Assembly (NCBI GenBank): GCA_964016885.1
Contig: CAXHJY010000208.1
Location: forward strand, 1-42,668
DNA: 42,668 nucleotides
Direction of reading: 5' to 3'
Source of the DNA: Eledone cirrhosa
Taxonomy: Eukaryota
The notes below the pieces were generated by a model. The model saw nothing but the letters and a program-made list of their open reading frames with translations. It did no database searches and was not told where the DNA came from. Each line of letters starts with the position of its first letter. The first letter of the stretch is position 1. The position numbers and the translations under genes are program-made. Below are positions 40,718 through 42,668 of this stretch, one piece after another.

Positions 40718-42620
40718 GGGTATGACATTAAACTACATCCAGTGGCAAGGCTCCAGTTCGGGAGTTCAGGAAATGTGGGGAATGTGGAGTTACCCCTTAG
40801 TTGTCATAACTCCCAGGTCTGCCCTGGCCCGGGGTGGTAGTACCTGTTAGGGCTCCATTTATGGGTTAAATAAGTACCTTCGAGTGGCGCCGGTAAGGTA
40901 TTGTCAGCCATTGAAAAGAAATATGGAGAGTCGATCTAACAGTACTAGGGTTAGAGCCCCTAATTACACTGTCAAGGAGCAGCCTGGTCGTTATGACTCT
41001 GCTGGCTTAGAGCCACAGAGAGGGCCAGTGGATGATGGATCAGCTGTCTCTGAGACAAATATAAAGAATGCAGTTTTGTCCTGCAGAAGAGCCATCAAAA
41101 TCGGCACTTTGAATGTGAGGACTATTCGAACGCTGGAGAAGAGAGAGGAGTTGGGACATCTGTTCGAGGAGAGTGGTATACAGATACTTGCGATCCAAGA
41201 ACACAGGATTCTACACGATGAGCCCGTGAGGAGTGTGATGATCGGGAGGAAGAGCCAGCTCATCACTACATCGGCAGTGAAGAACACAACAAATGCTGCC
41301 TGCAGTAGGAGGAGTGGGTTTTGTGTTCAGTGCAAAAACCAATCTGTTGGTGAGGGAAATAATGCCTATCTCCCCGCGAGTGTTGAGGGTGACCTTCAAT
41401 GGAAACCCAAGACTGACAGTCATCTCAGCCTATAGTCCAACCGAGGGGGACAGTGATGTGAATGCCGAGGAGTTCCATGAGGAGGTGTGTAGAGCTGTCA
41501 ACACCACTCAGGCACACAATATCCTGCGTGTTTTGGGGGACTTCAATGCACATCTGAGTAAGAAGGGCAGTGAAGATCCTTGCTGGTACTTCCATAACAA
41601 CACCAACCGAAATGGAAGACTACTGAGAGACACCCTGCTGGAGGCGAACTTGATGACGACCAACCTAAGGTTTAGGAAGAATCTGGGGAAGATGTGGACC
41701 TACATCTCAGATATGCACCTGTCCAAGTCCCAGATTGATTTCATTCTGGTGAGGAAAAAGTGGCGGAATAGTGTTCTGAACACGGAACCATACAGCTATT
41801 TCAGTACACTGGGTAGTGACCACCGGCTTGTTATGAGTGAGGTCCGTGTGAGCTTAAGAAAGAGCAAGGCTCAGCCCCGGAGAACAATCTATGACTGGGG
41901 AGCTTTCAAGGAAGATGATAAGCTACAGGAGAGGTTCACAGTGGAAGTGAGAAACAGGTTTAGTGCTCTGTGTGGAGAGTCAGAGGAGAGAGAGATTGGA
42001 TGGACTGAGGAGAGTGTGACGAGGAGGTACGGGCACTTCACCAATGCAGTGGCGAAAGCAAGTGAAACCCTGGTGCCGAGGAAAAAGAACAAAGGGAAGC
42101 ACGTCAGCTCTGCAAACCCAAAAGTGTGTGCAGCCAGAGAACACCTGAAAGCTGCCAGGGACCAATTCTATGCTGATCCTACGGAGGAGAGGATGGAGAC
42201 TGTGGAGGTGATGAGGGAAGAGCTCTGTACCGCTTACACTGAGGTCAGAGAGGAGGCACTGATAGAGAAGATCAGAAGTGTGGAGGGAGCGGTTGACAGA
42301 TCTGGATGTAAGGAGAGCTGGATGATCATCAACGAGATCACAGGGAGGAAGAAAAGGTGTTCGAGTCAGATCCAGGGAACGGGGCCCGAGGATAGGAAGA
42401 GGAAATGGCTAGACCATTTTAGGACCCTACTAGGAGAGCCACCCTCCACAGCCCAGAGCACTGGGGAGATCAGGCGGCTGTTTGAGGAACTGGATGTTGA
42501 GACAGAGCCCTTCACCAGAGAGGAGCTTCAGAGAGCCAAGAAGAAGATCAAGGAGGGCAAGGCTCATGGAGAGGATGGAGTGGCATCAGAGGTGATGAAG
42601 AGGTGTGATTTTGATGATAT
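40718..42620 (+). mobile_element. APE-endonuclease LINE (RTE-like), 5' portion; frameshifted and ending in (TA)n before the RT core
   Basis: IGTLNVRT, LAIQEHR, frameshift near 41300, then GGVGF, AYSPT, LGDFNAHL, NRNG, QIDFILV, SDHRLV, and finally KAHGEDGVASE; putative 5' UTR 40718-40922. Confidence 0.88.
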
Positions 42621-42631
42621 ATTATATATAT

Positions 42632-42668
<37 letters not shown>

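Overview
Eukaryotic, AT- and microsatellite-rich intergenic or intronic DNA with no recognisable host gene. The SINE repertoire resembles what I recall from octopus/cephalopod genomes (from memory, not searched). Most long ORFs are microsatellite or minisatellite artefacts. The real coding remnants all come from retroelements: a 5'-truncated Penelope-like element (PLE; RT-thumb end plus GIY-YIG endonuclease, 27489-28550), a frameshifted APE-type LINE (40718-42620), RTE 3' fragments and a CRE-like C-terminus. The main signal is a recurring architecture shared by several unrelated sequence families inserted in (TA)n: [inverted arm][main arm carrying a hammerhead ribozyme][short unpaired 3' tail with a shared (T/A)GAG(T/C)(A/T)C motif]. 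It ranges from ~140-bp hairpins to an 8.2-kb element with ~3.2-kb inverted arms around the GIY-YIG ORF. That large family carries a type I hammerhead with an unusually long (~115-nt) stem II that shows compensatory changes between copies.
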